Assembly: GCF_054482525.1 (NCBI RefSeq)
Contig: NZ_CM137006.1
Length of the DNA: 64,000 nucleotides
Strand: one strand, 5' to 3'
Below, in pieces: positions 22,570 to 32,921 of this stretch; the first letter of the stretch is position 1; every line of letters starts with the position of its first letter. Made by a program: the position numbers and the translations under genes. Below the pieces are notes generated by a model that was not told where the DNA came from, ran no database searches, and worked only from the letters and a program-made list of their open reading frames with translations.

Positions 22570-24069
22570 ATGCTAAATTTATTTGTTGGCCTTGATATAT
22601 ACACAGGGCTTTTGTTATTGCTTGCTCTGGCATTTGTGTTGTTCTACGAAGCAATCAATGGTTTTCATGACACGGCGAATGCGGTGGCAGCCGTTATTTA
22701 TACTCGTGCCATGCAACCACAACTTGCTGTGGTGATGGCGGCATTTTTTAACTTTTTTGGCGTGTTATTGGGCGGACTTAGCGTTGCCTATGCCATTGTC
22801 CATATGTTGCCAACCGATTTGTTGCTGAATATGGGGTCAACCCACGGCCTGGCGATGGTCTTTTCCATGCTGCTGGCGGCGATTATCTGGAACCTGGGAA
22901 CGTGGTTCTTCGGTTTACCGGCCTCCAGTTCGCACACCTTGATTGGTGCGATTATCGGCATCGGTTTAACCAACGCGCTGTTAACCGGCTCATCGGTGAT
23001 GGATGCGTTAAACCTGCGTGAAGTGACCAAAATTTTCTCCTCGCTGATTGTTTCCCCTATCGTCGGCCTGGTCATTGCGGGAGGCCTGATATTCCTGCTG
23101 CGACGTTACTGGAGCGGGACGAAAAAGCGTGACCGTATTCACCGCATTCCGGAAGATCGCAAAAAGAAAAAAGGCAAACGTAAACCGCCATTCTGGACGC
23201 GTATTGCGCTGATTGTTTCCGCTGCGGGCGTGGCGTTTTCGCACGGCGCGAACGACGGACAAAAAGGGATCGGCCTGGTAATGCTGGTACTGGTGGGGAT
23301 TGCCCCTGCTGGCTTCGTCGTCAATATGAATGCGTCCGGCTATGAAATTACCCGTACCCGCGATGCCGTTACCAACTTCGAACACTACCTGCAACAGCAT
23401 CCTGAACTGCCGCAGAAGTTGATTGCGATGGAACCTCCATTGCCTGCAGCATCGACTGATGGCACGCAAGTAACAGAGTTTCACTGTCATCCGGCAAATA
23501 CCTTTGATGCTATTGCGCGCGTTAAAACGATGCTGCCAGGCAATATGGAAAGTTACGAGCCGTTAAGCGTGAGTCAGCGCAGCCAGCTGCGCCGCATTAT
23601 GCTGTGCATCTCTGATACCTCCGCGAAGCTAGCGAAACTGCCAGGCGTCAGTAAAGAAGACCAGAACCTGCTGAAAAAACTTCGCAGCGATATGTTAAGC
23701 ACCATTGAGTACGCTCCGGTGTGGATCATCATGGCGGTAGCACTGGCGCTCGGCATTGGCACCATGATTGGCTGGCGTCGTGTAGCGATGACCATCGGTG
23801 AGAAGATTGGTAAGCGCGGCATGACGTATGCGCAAGGCATGGCGGCACAAATGACGGCGGCAGTGTCTATCGGTCTTGCCAGTTATATTGGGATGCCCGT
23901 CTCCACAACACACGTCCTCTCGTCTGCAGTTGCAGGGACGATGGTGGTGGACGGCGGTGGGTTACAGCGTAAAACGGTAACCAGCATCCTGATGGCGTGG
24001 GTATTTACTTTACCGGCGGCAATTTTTCTTTCTGGTGGGCTGTACTGGATAGCATTGCAGTTGATTTAA
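22570..24069 (+). CDS. pitB: Low-affinity inorganic phosphate transporter (PiT family)
   Basis: 499-aa polytopic membrane ORF; PiT family internal duplication. Confidence 0.9.
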   Translation: MLNLFVGLDIYTGLLLLLALAFVLFYEAINGFHDTANAVAAVIYTRAMQPQLAVVMAAFFNFFGVLLGGLSVAYAIVHMLPTDLLLNMGSTHGLAMVFSMLLAAIIWNLGTWFFGLPASSSHTLIGAIIGIGLTNALLTGSSVMDALNLREVTKIFSSLIVSPIVGLVIAGGLIFLLRRYWSGTKKRDRIHRIPEDRKKKKGKRKPPFWTRIALIVSAAGVAFSHGANDGQKGIGLVMLVLVGIAPAGFVVNMNASGYEITRTRDAVTNFEHYLQQHPELPQKLIAMEPPLPAASTDGTQVTEFHCHPANTFDAIARVKTMLPGNMESYEPLSVSQRSQLRRIMLCISDTSAKLAKLPGVSKEDQNLLKKLRSDMLSTIEYAPVWIIMAVALALGIGTMIGWRRVAMTIGEKIGKRGMTYAQGMAAQMTAAVSIGLASYIGMPVSTTHVLSSAVAGTMVVDGGGLQRKTVTSILMAWVFTLPAAIFLSGGLYWIALQLI

Positions 24070-24078
24070 CCTTCCTGA

Positions 24079-24116
24079 AAATGCCCGGTCCTGGCGATCG
24101 GGCATTTCCATTTTTG
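24079..24116. terminator. Rho-independent terminator between convergent pitB and yghT
   Basis: atgcccggtcctggcgatcgggcat hairpin followed by ttccattttt. Confidence 0.6.
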
Positions 24117-24117
24117 A

Positions 24118-24810
24118 CTAGTGATAACCACGCGCGGTCATAAAATCCGTAATCGCTTTTTCTGCATCAACCAACACCTGTTCCAGTGGCTGATTGGCAT
24201 CGATATCAACCAGTTGTGCACCACCAAAGGTTAACTGTGGCGTTATGGCAATCTTCCTCGCCAGCGATTCCCGTTTATGGTCGGGTTTACGTGCACAGGC
24301 AACTTCAAGGTCAACATTGAGTTTGATGACCAGATCAGGCTTATGGCTCGCCATCCAGTGAAACGCTTTACGTTCCTGGCTTGCCAGCCATGAGACAAAA
24401 CGACCACCTTCAACGTTAGGTGGGAACACCGTACCATCGTAAGCGCCAGGAATTTGGTCCTGAGGATAACGGTCGGTTAGAACAATTAACCCGCGACGAC
24501 GACAGGCAAGCATATGACGAAAGCGCAGTAAGCGACGGGCGACAAACGCTGTAATTACCAGCGCCGGAACTGGTCCAGGCAATTTTTTTGCTGTTTTCAC
24601 CTGATTTCGTTCAATTGTTTTATGTAAGGATTTTCCCATCAACGGTAATTTTGTCACTGCACGACCGACATTTCCGGCCTGTTTTCCTAAATGAACTCTT
24701 TCGGCAGCACCATATTTTTCGACAACGGTAATAAGATGTTCACACACCGTTGACTTGCCTGAACCATCGCTACCAATAACGGCAATTAATGGAGGTGTTA
24801 TTGACTGCAT
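24118..24810 (-). CDS. yghT: P-loop NTPase of unknown function
   Basis: 230-aa ORF with Walker [10 protein letters not shown] near N-terminus. Confidence 0.8.
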
Positions 24811-24998
24811 GAATATATCCTTTAATTTAAATATCCATTAAAAATATTTATTTGGTTAATATGTTTTTATGAAAGCGTAATTCAGGTCAATGTCACAATT
24901 AACCATTGTCACAATAAGGTTGAACGGATATTCTGAGCACGGACCACGTAATATTCAATACATTATTTACTGCCGGGTTTTTCGTGAATCAACGTAAT

Positions 24999-25116
24999 AT
25001 GTCAATAATTAATTCCACGCCAGTGCGTGTTATTGCCATTGTAGGATGTGATGGTTCAGGTAAATCGACCCTCACGGCAAGCCTGGTAAATGAACTGGCA
25101 GCAAGAATGCCAACAG
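24999..25116 (+). pseudogene. yghS: 5' stub (39 codons) of a yghS/yghR-type P-loop NTPase gene, truncated by IS1
   Basis: ATG at 24999; MSIINSTPVRVIAIVGCDGSGKSTLTASLVNELAARMPT then runs straight into the IS1 terminal repeat at 25117. Confidence 0.6.
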
Positions 25117-25131
25117 GGTAATGACTCCAAC

Positions 25132-25635
25132 TTATTGATAGTGTTTTATGTTCAGATAATGCCCGATGACTTTGTCATGCAGCTCCACCGATTTTGAGAA
25201 CGACAGCGACTTCCGTCCCAGCCGTGCCAGGTGCTGCCTCAGATTCAGGTTATGCCGCTCAATTCGCTGCGTATATCGCTTGCTGATTACGTGCAGCTTT
25301 CCCTTCAGGCGGGATTCATACAGCGGCCAGCCATCCGTCATCCATATCACCACGTCAAAGGGTGACAGCAGGCTCATAAGACGCCCCAGCGTCGCCATAG
25401 TGCGTTCACCGAATACGTGCGCAACAACCGTCTTCCGGAGACTGTCATACGCGTAAAACAGCCAGCGCTGGCGCGATTTAGCCCCGACATAGCCCCACTG
25501 TTCGTCCATTTCCGCGCAGACGATGACGTCACTGCCCGGCTGTATGCGCGAGGTTACCGACTGCGGCCTGAGTTTTTTAAGTGACGTAAAATCGTGTTGA
25601 GGCCAACGCCCATAATGCGGGCTGTTGCCCGGCAT
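25132..25635 (-). CDS. insB: IS1 InsB frame (joined to InsA by -1 frameshift to make InsAB' transposase)
   Basis: 167-aa ORF overlapping insA 3' end in the -1 frame. Confidence 0.9.
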
Positions 25636-25829
25636 CCAACGCCATTCATGGCCATATCAATGATTTTCTGGTGCGTACCGGGTTGAGAAGCGGTGTAAGT
25701 GAACTGCAGTTGCCATGTTTTACGGCAGTGAGAGCAGAGATAGCGCTGATGTCCGGCGGTGCTTTTGCCGTTACGCACCACCCCGTCAGTAGCTGAACAG
25801 GAGGGACAGCTGATAGAAACAGAAGCCAC
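25554..25829 (-). CDS. insA: IS1 InsA (transposition inhibitor / N-terminal part of InsAB' transposase)
   Basis: 91-aa [40 protein letters not shown]... Confidence 0.9.
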
Positions 25830-25884
25830 TGGAGCACCTCAAAAACACCATCATACACTAAATCAGTAAGTTGGCAGCATCACC

Positions 25885-25972
25885 CAATACAGGTGCCAAA
25901 CGGTGTTAACCCGTTGTCACTAAATTGCAGTCGCTCGCCAGCAAGGCGCGCATATTTATCGTATAGCCCCAT
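25885..25972 (-). pseudogene. 5' stub (29 codons) of an unidentified gene translationally coupled to the ACP gene, truncated by IS1
   Basis: ATG at 25972-25970 overlaps ACP stop (TAATG); reads MGLYDKYARLAGERLQFSDNGLTPFGTCI with no stop before the IS1 end at 25884. Confidence 0.45.
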
Positions 25973-26220
25973 TATTTATTCTCCAGCCATGGAAGTAGAG
26001 TTTCCATTAATTGCGCAGGGGTTTTGACATCCAGCAGAATATTAATAGGAATGGAAATATCGAATCTGTCTTCCAGCATCATTAAGAGATCCATCACTTT
26101 GATCGACTCCAGGCCAAGATCGTTGACGAGATCGCTGTCGGGCTTAATTTCCACACCGTTTTCGACCAAATCCTGTAAACAGGAAAGGATGTAATCCATT
26201 ACTATTTCACGATTTACCAT
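25972..26220 (-). CDS. Acyl carrier protein (stand-alone)
   Basis: 82-aa acidic ORF with DLGLES phosphopantetheine-attachment motif. Confidence 0.8.
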   Translation of the reverse strand: MVNREIVMDYILSCLQDLVENGVEIKPDSDLVNDLGLESIKVMDLLMMLEDRFDISIPINILLDVKTPAQLMETLLPWLENK

Positions 26221-26251
26221 AGAAACGTTAACACACCTTTAAACAAGACAA

Positions 26252-27166
26252 TCAAAATAGCCCGTTGCGTAATGCGTGTTCCAGGCTAATCCCGGGAAAC
26301 CAATTAATATCTTCAGAAATACGGTTATTACTTGCCGACCAGTCGGCGTGGGTTAATTCACGAATTTTCGAGCGGGTCAGCATAGGTTCTTTACCTGCCA
26401 GGCGACTCAACGCGGTACTGATATCCGCAAGGCCGGTGAGTACCGGCAGAGGAATGCCAACCATTCGCACGGAACCGCAACGGGCGTCGGCGGCAAGTTG
26501 CTGTACGCGTTGCCAGTCATAGCCGCCGACGACGCCATCGCATAATTCATAGGTTTGCGTCTGTATAGTTTCGGCGCTTAACCACTGACCCACTGCTTGC
26601 GCGAAATCGGTGACGTGCAGAAAAGAGAGCTGTGTATCTGGCGCACCAAGTCGTGGCAGCAGGCCGCGCAGCATCCAGTCAAACAGCGGTTTTAACTCTT
26701 TATCGCCGGGACCATACACGGCTGTCGGGCGAAAAACGCCCAGCGTAATTTCGTCCGCCATTGCTGCCAGTCGTTGCTCGGCGACGTATTTGGATTTTGC
26801 ATACCAGGAGAGCTCGGGATGGCGCGCCGCCAGCGAAGAGATAAACAGAAAACGTTGGCAAAAGCCGCTCTCTTTTGCTGCTTGCATCAGGCGCAGGCTG
26901 CCGTCAACGTTACAGCGGGTGAAAATCTCTTCTTTGTGCCCGCGCACTTGCCCGGCGCAATGGACCACTACGCTGGCTCCGGCAACCAGCTCGCTAAGTG
27001 AATGAGTATCTTCCAGCGAACCGCGCACCCAGGTGAGATTATCATTGACGTGAGCGCGGGCAGTACGCGTCAATGCGCGAACGTGAAAGCCGCGGGCGAG
27101 CAGGTTATCGATAATATATTTACCGATAAACCCGGTAGCGCCCGTCACCGCGACAGTTTGATTCAT
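26252..27166 (-). CDS. Extended-SDR / NAD-dependent epimerase-dehydratase family protein (candidate acyl-thioester reductase)
   Basis: 304-aa ORF; N-terminal VTGATGFIGKYI Rossmann motif and YAKSK (YxxxK) catalytic motif; start overlaps upstream FAAL stop (ATGA). Confidence 0.8.
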   Translation of the reverse strand: MNQTVAVTGATGFIGKYIIDNLLARGFHVRALTRTARAHVNDNLTWVRGSLEDTHSLSELVAGASVVVHCAGQVRGHKEEIFTRCNVDGSLRLMQAAKESGFCQRFLFISSLAARHPELSWYAKSKYVAEQRLAAMADEITLGVFRPTAVYGPGDKELKPLFDWMLRGLLPRLGAPDTQLSFLHVTDFAQAVGQWLSAETIQTQTYELCDGVVGGYDWQRVQQLAADARCGSVRMVGIPLPVLTGLADISTALSRLAGKEPMLTRSKIRELTHADWSASNNRISEDINWFPGISLEHALRNGLF

Positions 27167-28887
27167 GCCAGGGATTCCTGCACATTAAGACTGGCAGCAT
27201 AAGCCTTCTGATAACGTTTTTTCGCTTCCGCACGGGCAGGCTTGCCGGAGGACGTTCGGGGAATACTGTGGGGCGGCAACAGATCGATAGCCGCGGTCAC
27301 GCCAAATTCGCTTTGGATCCGTGCCGCCAGCGCGTGGATAAGCTGCCCGCGACGTTCTTCGTCGCTGATCCGACACTGGATCTGCAAAATGATTTTTTCC
27401 TGGGCGGTAACAAAAGCAATCGCATCGCCAGAATGAATTTCCGGTTCCTGTTCCGCTATATATTCAATATCCTGCGGCCAGATATTACGGCCACGAATAA
27501 TAATCAGATCTTTAATGCGTCCGGTGACATACAGATAACCGTCCAGCAGATAACCGAGGTCGCCGGTGTCTAACCAGCCCGTCGCGGCAATCTCGTCTTG
27601 CGAAACCTGGTCGCCAAAGTAACCGCTCATCAGACTGGGACCGGAGATGCAAATATGGCCTACCACACGTTCCGCGACCGGCATACCTGCTTCATTGCGG
27701 ATTTCAATACCATGTTCCGGCAACGCTTTGCCGCAGTTGACGAAAGTCGATACGGCGCGTGTCTCTGCACCCGGCGCGACGGCTTTACCCTGATATTCGA
27801 GGATGTCGCGATCCACTTCGTTAACCACAACCCCGGAGGCTTCATCAGAGAAGCTGACAGCCAGCGCATTTTCTGCCAGTCCGTAGCACGGCATGAAAGT
27901 TTTATCGTCAAAGTTGACCTGACGGAAACATTCAGCGAATTGATGGAGTTGTTCTGCGGAGATGGGTTCTGCACCAATACCAGCGACGCGCCAGCAGGAA
28001 AGATCCAGTTCAGCGAGATCTTTTTCATTCACGCGGCGCTGGCACAATTCATAGCCAAACGGCGGCGCAACGGAAACGGTGCCGCGATTTTTACTGATCA
28101 ATTTAAGCCATTGCAGAGGACGCATGGCAAAATCCTGAGTGCGCAAATAATCTACTGAGAGTTGCGTGGCGACGGGGGTCAGGAGAAAGCCGACCAGTCC
28201 CATATCATGGTAGAAAGGCAGCCAGGAGACGCAGCGGTCGCCAGGGCGTAATTTTATGCCATCGTGGCTTATAGCACGTAGATTAGCCATCACTTCGCGA
28301 TGGGTGATAATGACGCCACGGGGAAAACGGGTGCTGCCGGAGGTGTACTGGAGGTAGGCGATATCGTTCGGAACTGGACGCTGGAGCGCAACATCGGCTT
28401 CCGGTAATGCCTTAAACCAGGCGTGGCTTAAAACATGTAATTCGGGGTTGTTGTTATGCGTCGCGGCATTGACCAGTGGCAACCACTCATCACCAGTGAT
28501 AATGGCTGCGGGCTGGCAACTTGCCAGTAAACCCTGCAGCTTGGCGCTCCAGGAATCCCGCTGACCGACGCCCATGGGAATCGCCAACGGGACGGCGACT
28601 AAGCCGGCATACTGGCAGGCAAAAAAAGCCTCTACGAACCCGCTACTGGTTTCGGCAATCAGTGCCACGCGATCGCCTTTTTTCAGGTTTAGCGATAACA
28701 ACCGCTTCGCACCAGCTTCGGCACGCGCTTTTAACGTCTGATATTCCAGTTGATCTTCAAGTTGGCAACGTCTGTCATAAAAATTCATTCCAGCGCTACT
28801 CAGAGCGGCATAGTCCAAAGCATCAACCAGCGTTGGAAAATCGGCATAGCGCATAGGTAGGGAATGCGTAAAGATTTTATTAGACAT
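27163..28887 (-). CDS. Fatty acyl-AMP ligase / AMP-dependent synthetase
   Basis: Track ORF 27163-28914; YTSGSTRFPRGV AMP-binding core motif; start ambiguous between ATG at 28887 (MSNKIF...) and 28914. Confidence 0.8.
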   Translation of the reverse strand: MSNKIFTHSLPMRYADFPTLVDALDYAALSSAGMNFYDRRCQLEDQLEYQTLKARAEAGAKRLLSLNLKKGDRVALIAETSSGFVEAFFACQYAGLVAVPLAIPMGVGQRDSWSAKLQGLLASCQPAAIITGDEWLPLVNAATHNNNPELHVLSHAWFKALPEADVALQRPVPNDIAYLQYTSGSTRFPRGVIITHREVMANLRAISHDGIKLRPGDRCVSWLPFYHDMGLVGFLLTPVATQLSVDYLRTQDFAMRPLQWLKLISKNRGTVSVAPPFGYELCQRRVNEKDLAELDLSCWRVAGIGAEPISAEQLHQFAECFRQVNFDDKTFMPCYGLAENALAVSFSDEASGVVVNEVDRDILEYQGKAVAPGAETRAVSTFVNCGKALPEHGIEIRNEAGMPVAERVVGHICISGPSLMSGYFGDQVSQDEIAATGWLDTGDLGYLLDGYLYVTGRIKDLIIIRGRNIWPQDIEYIAEQEPEIHSGDAIAFVTAQEKIILQIQCRISDEERRGQLIHALAARIQSEFGVTAAIDLLPPHSIPRTSSGKPARAEAKKRYQKAYAASLNVQESLA

Positions 28888-29257
28888 ATACACCACGAAA
28901 AAATTGGATATCAAAAATAAAATGACAATAATGCGGTGGATTATATAGGCATAAAAGATAAATGAGATAGTATTTTCATCAGTGTGAAAATGAACATTGA
29001 TTTAAATAATGAATTTGAGTTTTTTGTTTTTATTGTGAATGATATTTAATTTATGAATATATTAAGAAGGAGCCTTGTCCGGTCGCCTTAAATCGACAAA
29101 AGGCATTGTGGCGCTTCTGTGTAGTCTCTGACCTTATCGTAATCATTAATAAATACTATTTATTCGTCGTTTGTATTCATTGGGTTGATTATTAAGGTGC
29201 CGTTCGTTGCTGTTGCAACCTGTTTGTCACCGTTAATTATTTGTTACCCACAGAACT

Positions 29258-30400
29258 ATGGAATGCGATCTGCTGATGATTAAAATTGAAAAAGTAATTA
29301 ATAAAAATGACCTTAAGGCATTTATCGCTTTTCCGTCATCACTTTATCCCGACGATCCAAACTGGATACCCCCTTTATTCATTGAACGCAACGAGCATTT
29401 GTCTGCGAAAAATCCGGGGACGGACCATATCATCTGGCAGGCGTGGGTGGCAAAAAAAGCGGGGCAGATAGTTGGGCGTATTACCGCGCAAATAGATACC
29501 TTGCACCGCGAGCGTTACGGCAAAGATACCGGTCATTTCGGCATGATTGACGCCATTGATGATCCGCAGGTTTTTGCCGCGTTGTTTGGCGCAGCGGAAG
29601 CGTGGTTGAAGTCACAAGGTGCAAGTAAGATCAGCGGGCCTTTCAGCCTGAATATCAATCAGGAAAGCGGATTACTGATTGAAGGTTTTGACACTCCGCC
29701 CTGTGCGATGATGCCACACGGCAAACCGTGGTATGCCGCGCATATTGAACAACTGGGTTATCACAAAGGCATTGATTTACTGGCGTGGTGGATGCAGCGA
29801 ACCGATCTCACTTTCTCTCCGGCGCTAAAAAAACTGATGGATCAGGTGCGCAAAAAGGTGACCATTCGCTGCATCAATCGTCAGCGGTTTGCCGAAGAGA
29901 TGCAGATCCTGCGTGAGATTTTCAACTCTGGCTGGCAGCACAACTGGGGATTTGTGCCGTTTACCGAACATGAATTCGCGACCATGGGCGATCAACTTAA
30001 ATATCTGGTGCCGGACGATATGATCTATATCGCTGAGATTGATTCTGCACCCTGCGCGTTTATTGTCGGCTTGCCGAACATCAACGAGGCGATTGCCGAT
30101 CTGAACGGATCGCTCTTTCCCTTCGGCTGGGCAAAATTGCTGTGGCGTTTGAAAGTCAGCGGTGTGCGAACTGCGCGAGTACCGCTGATGGGCGTGCGCG
30201 ACGAGTATCAGTTCAGCCGCATCGGCCCGGTGATTGCGCTGTTATTGATTGAAGCCTTACGCGATCCGTTTGCCCGCCGGAAGATCGATGCGCTGGAGAT
30301 GTCATGGATCCTCGAAACCAATACAGGCATGAATAACATGCTGGAACGCATTGGGGCGGAGCCGTACAAGCGTTACCGATTGTATGAAAAGCAAATTTAA
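29258..30400 (+). CDS. yghO: YghO-family protein, full length (candidate N-acyltransferase; truncated pseudogene in K-12)
   Basis: 380-aa uninterrupted ORF divergent from the FAAL operon and adjacent to glcC; family assignment from recall, function tentative. Confidence 0.65.
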   Translation: MECDLLMIKIEKVINKNDLKAFIAFPSSLYPDDPNWIPPLFIERNEHLSAKNPGTDHIIWQAWVAKKAGQIVGRITAQIDTLHRERYGKDTGHFGMIDAIDDPQVFAALFGAAEAWLKSQGASKISGPFSLNINQESGLLIEGFDTPPCAMMPHGKPWYAAHIEQLGYHKGIDLLAWWMQRTDLTFSPALKKLMDQVRKKVTIRCINRQRFAEEMQILREIFNSGWQHNWGFVPFTEHEFATMGDQLKYLVPDDMIYIAEIDSAPCAFIVGLPNINEAIADLNGSLFPFGWAKLLWRLKVSGVRTARVPLMGVRDEYQFSRIGPVIALLLIEALRDPFARRKIDALEMSWILETNTGMNNMLERIGAEPYKRYRLYEKQI

Positions 30401-30406
30401 TACCAG

Positions 30407-31171
30407 CTAACTCAGGTTCATCTCCAGCGGCACCGCCGAGCGAATCAAATGGTGGCCTTCCAGCTCGATATCGTGGAGATTCTTTTTCACGGTCCGCACA
30501 TGATCGCGTGCTGCGCGCTGGGCGACGTGCGGCAGCCGCTGCAACACCGCGTTGTAGATCCGCGCATGCTGGCGATCGATCTGCTTTTTTTGCTGTGGTC
30601 GATGGTAGAGATTATTTACGCTGGCAAACACTGAATTAAACATCAGATCGGTCAATGATTGCAGCGTAAACACCAGCACCTGATTGTGAGAAGCCTGACA
30701 AATGGCGAGATGGAAAGCGTGATCCAACTGCGCATGTTCGATCAGCGAAATCTCTTTGTTATTCTCACTGGCGGCGAGCATTTTTTCATAACAGCGAGTT
30801 ATCACAACAAAATCAGCCTGCGTTCCCAGCGTTGCCGCCAGCCTTGCCGATTCGCCCTCCAGTAATGCGCGAACGTCGAGCAGATCGTACAGCGTTCGCG
30901 GCTGCGTGCTGAACAGATGAATTAGCGGGCTGGTGTCCTGCACCCGATTAAGCCGTGCGACACGAGAATCGCGACCCTGCGCCGTTTCAATAATCCCGCG
31001 CCCGCGCAGCACGGTCAGCCCTTCACGCAGTGCGGAGCGTGAGAAGCCGAGCTTTTCACACAGTCGACGTTCCGAGGGAAGCGGCTGACCGACCTTCAGT
31101 ACGCCGTCGATAATTAACCGTTCGATACTCTCTGCAACCACTTCGCAAATAGGGCGACGTTCATCTTTCAT
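30407..31171 (-). CDS. glcC: GntR/FadR-family transcriptional activator of the glc operon
   Basis: Track ORF 30407-31231; in-frame ATG at 31171 (MKDERRPICEVV...) gives 254 aa; N-terminal wHTH. Confidence 0.9.
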   Translation of the reverse strand: MKDERRPICEVVAESIERLIIDGVLKVGQPLPSERRLCEKLGFSRSALREGLTVLRGRGIIETAQGRDSRVARLNRVQDTSPLIHLFSTQPRTLYDLLDVRALLEGESARLAATLGTQADFVVITRCYEKMLAASENNKEISLIEHAQLDHAFHLAICQASHNQVLVFTLQSLTDLMFNSVFASVNNLYHRPQQKKQIDRQHARIYNAVLQRLPHVAQRAARDHVRTVKKNLHDIELEGHHLIRSAVPLEMNLS

Positions 31172-31421
31172 TCCCGGACCTCGTGCACAGGTAGGACCAA
31201 TTTTTCTGTTCTTAACTCGCAAAACACGCACATCACGTAAGTGATTATGTTACATCAATTTAACATTGAGTTAACCAAGACAAGGTCACAGAGCTGGAAA
31301 AAAAATGGTCTGACCGGTAGCTAAAGAGATAGACGAAAACGAAAAGCCCGCTTAATAACTGTTCACAGAAGCAGCGCGCAAAAATCAGCTGCCACACAAC
31401 ACAACAAAGCGAAGCCTACTC

Positions 31422-32921
31422 ATGAGCATCTTGTACGAAGAGCGTCTTGATGGCGCTTTACCCGATGTCGACCGCACATCGGTACTGATGGCACTGCGTG
31501 AGCATGTCCCTGGACTTGAGATCCTGCATACCGATGAGGAGATCATTCCTTACGAGTGTGACGGGTTGAGCGCGTATCGCACGCGTCCATTACTGGTTGT
31601 TCTGCCTAAGCAGATGGAACAGGTGACGGCGATTCTGGCTGTCTGCCACCGCCTGCGTGTGCCGGTGGTGACCCGTGGTGCAGGCACCGGGCTTTCTGGT
31701 GGCGCGCTGCCGCTGGAAAAAGGTGTGTTGTTGGTGATGGCGCGCTTTAAAGAGATCCTCGACATTAACCCCGTTGGTCGCCGCGCGCGCGTGCAGCCGG
31801 GCGTGCGTAACCTGGCGATCTCCCAGGCCGTTGCGCCGCATAATCTCTATTACGCGCCGGATCCTTCCTCACAAATCGCCTGCTCGATTGGCGGCAATGT
31901 GGCGGAAAATGCCGGCGGCGTCCACTGCCTGAAATATGGTCTGACCGTACATAACCTGCTGAAAATTGAAGTGCAAACGCTGGATGGCGAGGCGCTGACG
32001 CTAGGATCGGATGCGCTGGATTCGCCTGGTTTTGACCTGCTGGCGTTGTTCACCGGATCGGAAGGTATGCTCGGCGTGACCACCGAAGTGACGGTGAAGC
32101 TGTTGCCGAAGCCGCCCGTGGCGCGGGTTCTGTTAGCAAGCTTTGACTCGGTAGAAAAAGCCGGACTTGCGGTTGGTGACATCATCGCTAATGGCATTAT
32201 CCCCGGCGGGCTGGAGATGATGGATAACCTGTCGATCCGCGCGGCGGAAGATTTTATTCATGCCGGTTATCCCGTCGACGCCGAAGCGATTTTGTTATGC
32301 GAACTGGACGGCGTGGAGTCTGACGTACAGGAAGACTGCGAGCGGGTTAACGACATCTTGTTGAAAGCGGGTGCGACTGACGTCCGTCTGGCACAGGACG
32401 AAGCAGAGCGCGTACGTTTCTGGGCCGGTCGCAAAAATGCGTTCCCGGCGGTAGGACGTATCTCCCCGGATTACTACTGCATGGATGGCACCATCCCGCG
32501 TCGCGCACTGCCTGGCGTACTGGAAGGCATTGCCCGTTTATCGCAGCAATATGATTTACGCGTTGCCAACGTCTTTCATGCCGGAGATGGCAACATGCAC
32601 CCGTTAATCCTTTTCGATGCCAACGAACCCGGTGAATTTGCCCGCGCGGAAGAGCTGGGTGGGAAGATCCTCGAACTCTGCGTTGAAGTTGGCGGCAGCA
32701 TCAGTGGGGAACATGGCATCGGGCGAGAAAAAATCAATCAAATGTGCGCCCAGTTCAACAGCGATGAAATCACGACCTTCCATGCGGTCAAGGCGGCGTT
32801 TGACCCCGATGGTTTGCTGAACCCTGGGAAAAACATTCCCACGCTACACCGCTGTGCTGAATTTGGTGCCATGCATGTGCATCACGGTCATTTACCTTTC
32901 CCTGAACTGGAGCGTTTCTGA
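31422..32921 (+). CDS. glcD: Glycolate oxidase FAD-linked subunit
   Basis: 499-aa ORF; FAD-binding PCMH-type domain. Confidence 0.95.
   Translation: MSILYEERLDGALPDVDRTSVLMALREHVPGLEILHTDEEIIPYECDGLSAYRTRPLLVVLPKQMEQVTAILAVCHRLRVPVVTRGAGTGLSGGALPLEKGVLLVMARFKEILDINPVGRRARVQPGVRNLAISQAVAPHNLYYAPDPSSQIACSIGGNVAENAGGVHCLKYGLTVHNLLKIEVQTLDGEALTLGSDALDSPGFDLLALFTGSEGMLGVTTEVTVKLLPKPPVARVLLASFDSVEKAGLAVGDIIANGIIPGGLEMMDNLSIRAAEDFIHAGYPVDAEAILLCELDGVESDVQEDCERVNDILLKAGATDVRLAQDEAERVRFWAGRKNAFPAVGRISPDYYCMDGTIPRRALPGVLEGIARLSQQYDLRVANVFHAGDGNMHPLILFDANEPGEFARAEELGGKILELCVEVGGSISGEHGIGREKINQMCAQFNSDEITTFHAVKAAFDPDGLLNPGKNIPTLHRCAEFGAMHVHHGHLPFPELERF

Larger units (their letters stand above)
25117..25884 (-). 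mobile_element. IS1: IS1 insertion sequence (768 bp) with terminal inverted repeats
   Basis: Begins ggtaatgactccaacttattgatag and ends taagttggcagcatcacc, the canonical IS1 ends; contains insA and insB reading frames. Confidence 0.95.

Noticed and set aside
25108..25893. Searched for an 8-9 bp target-site duplication flanking IS1
   Set aside because: Flanks (tgccaacag versus caatacagg) do not match as a direct repeat; interpreted as a deletion or rearrangement rather than a simple insertion.
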